From Eledone cirrhosa (lineage: Eukaryota): 64,000 nt of DNA. Under the pieces are notes generated by a model. That model saw only the letters and a program-made list of their open reading frames with translations. It was not told where the DNA came from and made no database searches. Shown piece after piece: positions 62,390 through 64,000 of the stretch. Position numbers and translations under genes: made by a program. Within the stretch, counting starts at the first letter, position 1; every line of letters starts with the position of its first letter. The stretch spans positions 42,408,001 through 42,472,000 of the forward strand of contig OZ024747.1 of NCBI GenBank assembly GCA_964016885.1, given 5' to 3'.

Positions 62390-64000
62390 TTAATTTTGAG
62401 TATATTTTTTGACCGGTCACCTTCCTGGTGGCAAGGTTGTAAAAGAAAAGAAATTGTCATCCCTTGAATCGCAAGAATGTTTTGCAAATTTTGAAGGTGC
62501 CAGCTATCGCAGCCATTTGTAGACTATGAATTAGGGAGCTGCGCTTTTTGTCCGCAAATCCAAGTTCAGTCATACTTTGGTCCAAGCGGGTTGGTATATA
62601 ACCCGTAACACCAATAATGATGGGTATGAAGCTAAAGGTGTATCTTGGATACTGGATTTGTAAACTCCTCATCAATGGTCCGTAGATGTCCTCCTTCTCC
62701 TGTATTTTTCTGACAACGTTTACATCAAGTGGGCAGCTGATCTCCACAACAGAACACGTTTTCAATGTGTGGTCCCAAACTACAATATCAGGCCGGTTGT
62801 GCTTTAATTTGGTGGCAGTTTTTATTTTCAGGTTCCACCAGTATTCCTTAGTGCCATCTGTCTCAATATATTCTTCCTCGTTTGTTGTTGATTTTGTTTT
62901 CCGAAGTGTGTTCCAGATGGTTCTAGCTATCCCATCGTGTCTCATGGGGAGGTAGTAGCGAGATGACATTCTTTCGCAGCTGGCAACAATGTGGCTTACA
63001 TCCTCGATCTTTGTTTTACATAGCCTACATTTATTGTCAGCTGCTGGCCCTCCTCTTTTGTGCAGCAGATATTTGGTAGGGAGTTCTTGTTCCTGTATTG
63101 CATAGAGATATCCCTCAAGGTGTGATGTCATAAACTTGTTGGAACTCCATGCCAGGCTTTTTGAGTGGTTTATCCCCTCTATGGTCTGTGTTTTACGCCT
63201 CAAGTATCCATGCACAACTTTTTCTGTAAATTGGTCAATTTTTTTTTCCTTGTTTGAACATTGAATAGGATCTTCCGATTTCTCTGGGTGAGAGATTTAT
63301 ATCGGGCTTTATTCCATATCTCTCCTCCAGATCAGTCGCTATTCTAATGATATTTCTTTTTTCATGGTCATAAACCTGGGCAAGATGGTTGCCAACCTTT
63401 TTCCTCTGTTGAAGGTGTTGCTTCAGTGTCACTATCCGGGTCTCATATGTTGTTAATATTGATTTTAGACCCCGGCCACCTTCCTTGCGTGAGAAGTATA
63501 GCCTATCCACATCACCATTGATGTTAAAGTTCCCAGTAACACTGAGAAGTTTTCGAGTTCTAACATCCATCTCACTTAGTTCTTGCAATGACCAGTTCAG
63601 TAGGCCAAATGTTGGCGTTAGAATTGGCACAGCATAAGTATTGTGGGCAATGTATTTGTTGTATGCTGACAGTTCTGATGACCATATTTTCTTTACTCTT
63701 CTGAGGTATTCAGTTCTGGTTCTCTCCTTATTTATGGGTCCATCATATCTGACATTCTCATCCTGTCCAAGATATCTGTAGTTGTCACCTGACTGCAGAG
63801 GTTGTATTGTCAGGCCGTTCATCTCTAGATTTCTAGAGGAGGGCACAGCTCTTCCACGTTTTACTGCCAAATATGCACACTTGGACTCACCAAATTTCAT
63901 TTTGATGTCGGTTGAAAATTGTGTAATGAGGTCCAATTGTTTCTTGATGTCATTGATATTTGGCCCATACAACTTCAGGTCATCAACAAAGAAAAGATGG
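62390..64000 (-). mobile_element. R4/Dong-like (restriction-like endonuclease) non-LTR retrotransposon, continuing beyond the window
   Basis: HLFFVDDLKLY, YRYLG, RKEGGRGL (RT); CRLC...HIVASC knuckle, RHD, RPDIVVWD..VEISCP, KEDIY (PD-(D/E)xK RLE); frameshift near 63240. Confidence 0.9.

Noticed and set aside
62176-62487. Several ORFs rich in Y/I/H/M/V/C
   Set aside because: Translations of a microsatellite

Overview
AT-rich, repeat-dense eukaryotic (animal) genomic DNA. The SINE/RTE/CR1/Penelope/Helitron mix and (TA)n/(CAT)n microsatellites suggest a cephalopod, probably an octopod; this is inferred from repeat types only. Four spliced genes can be reconstructed with GT-AG boundaries and consistent phases. 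(1) The 3' part of a DYRK-family kinase, most like DYRK4 (+, 7203-17422). (2) A complete POLR3K/RPC11 (-, 34991-19010, 108 aa). (3) A complete SNRNP25, the U11/U12 25K protein (+, 36121-44321, 164 aa), head-to-head with POLR3K as in human. (4) Most of a TBCEL-like LRR/UBL gene (-, 59171-49779) with a large acidic insertion; its 5' exons are uncertain. The introns hold RTE LINEs whose RT carries a PHD-like finger, a decayed compact Gypsy element with a 5-bp TSD nested in a foldback repeat, and a Penelope fragment inside a non-autonomous Helitron. They also hold CR1 and R4/Dong-like LINEs, two tRNA-derived SINE families, several MITEs, and 42-bp and 68-bp minisatellites. Notable unexplained signals are two hammerhead-ribozyme-like motifs, a pre-miRNA-like intronic hairpin, module-shuffled Helitrons and a head-to-head RTE fusion. 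There is no prokaryotic system or CRISPR array, and nothing I can claim as a clearly new system from sequence alone.
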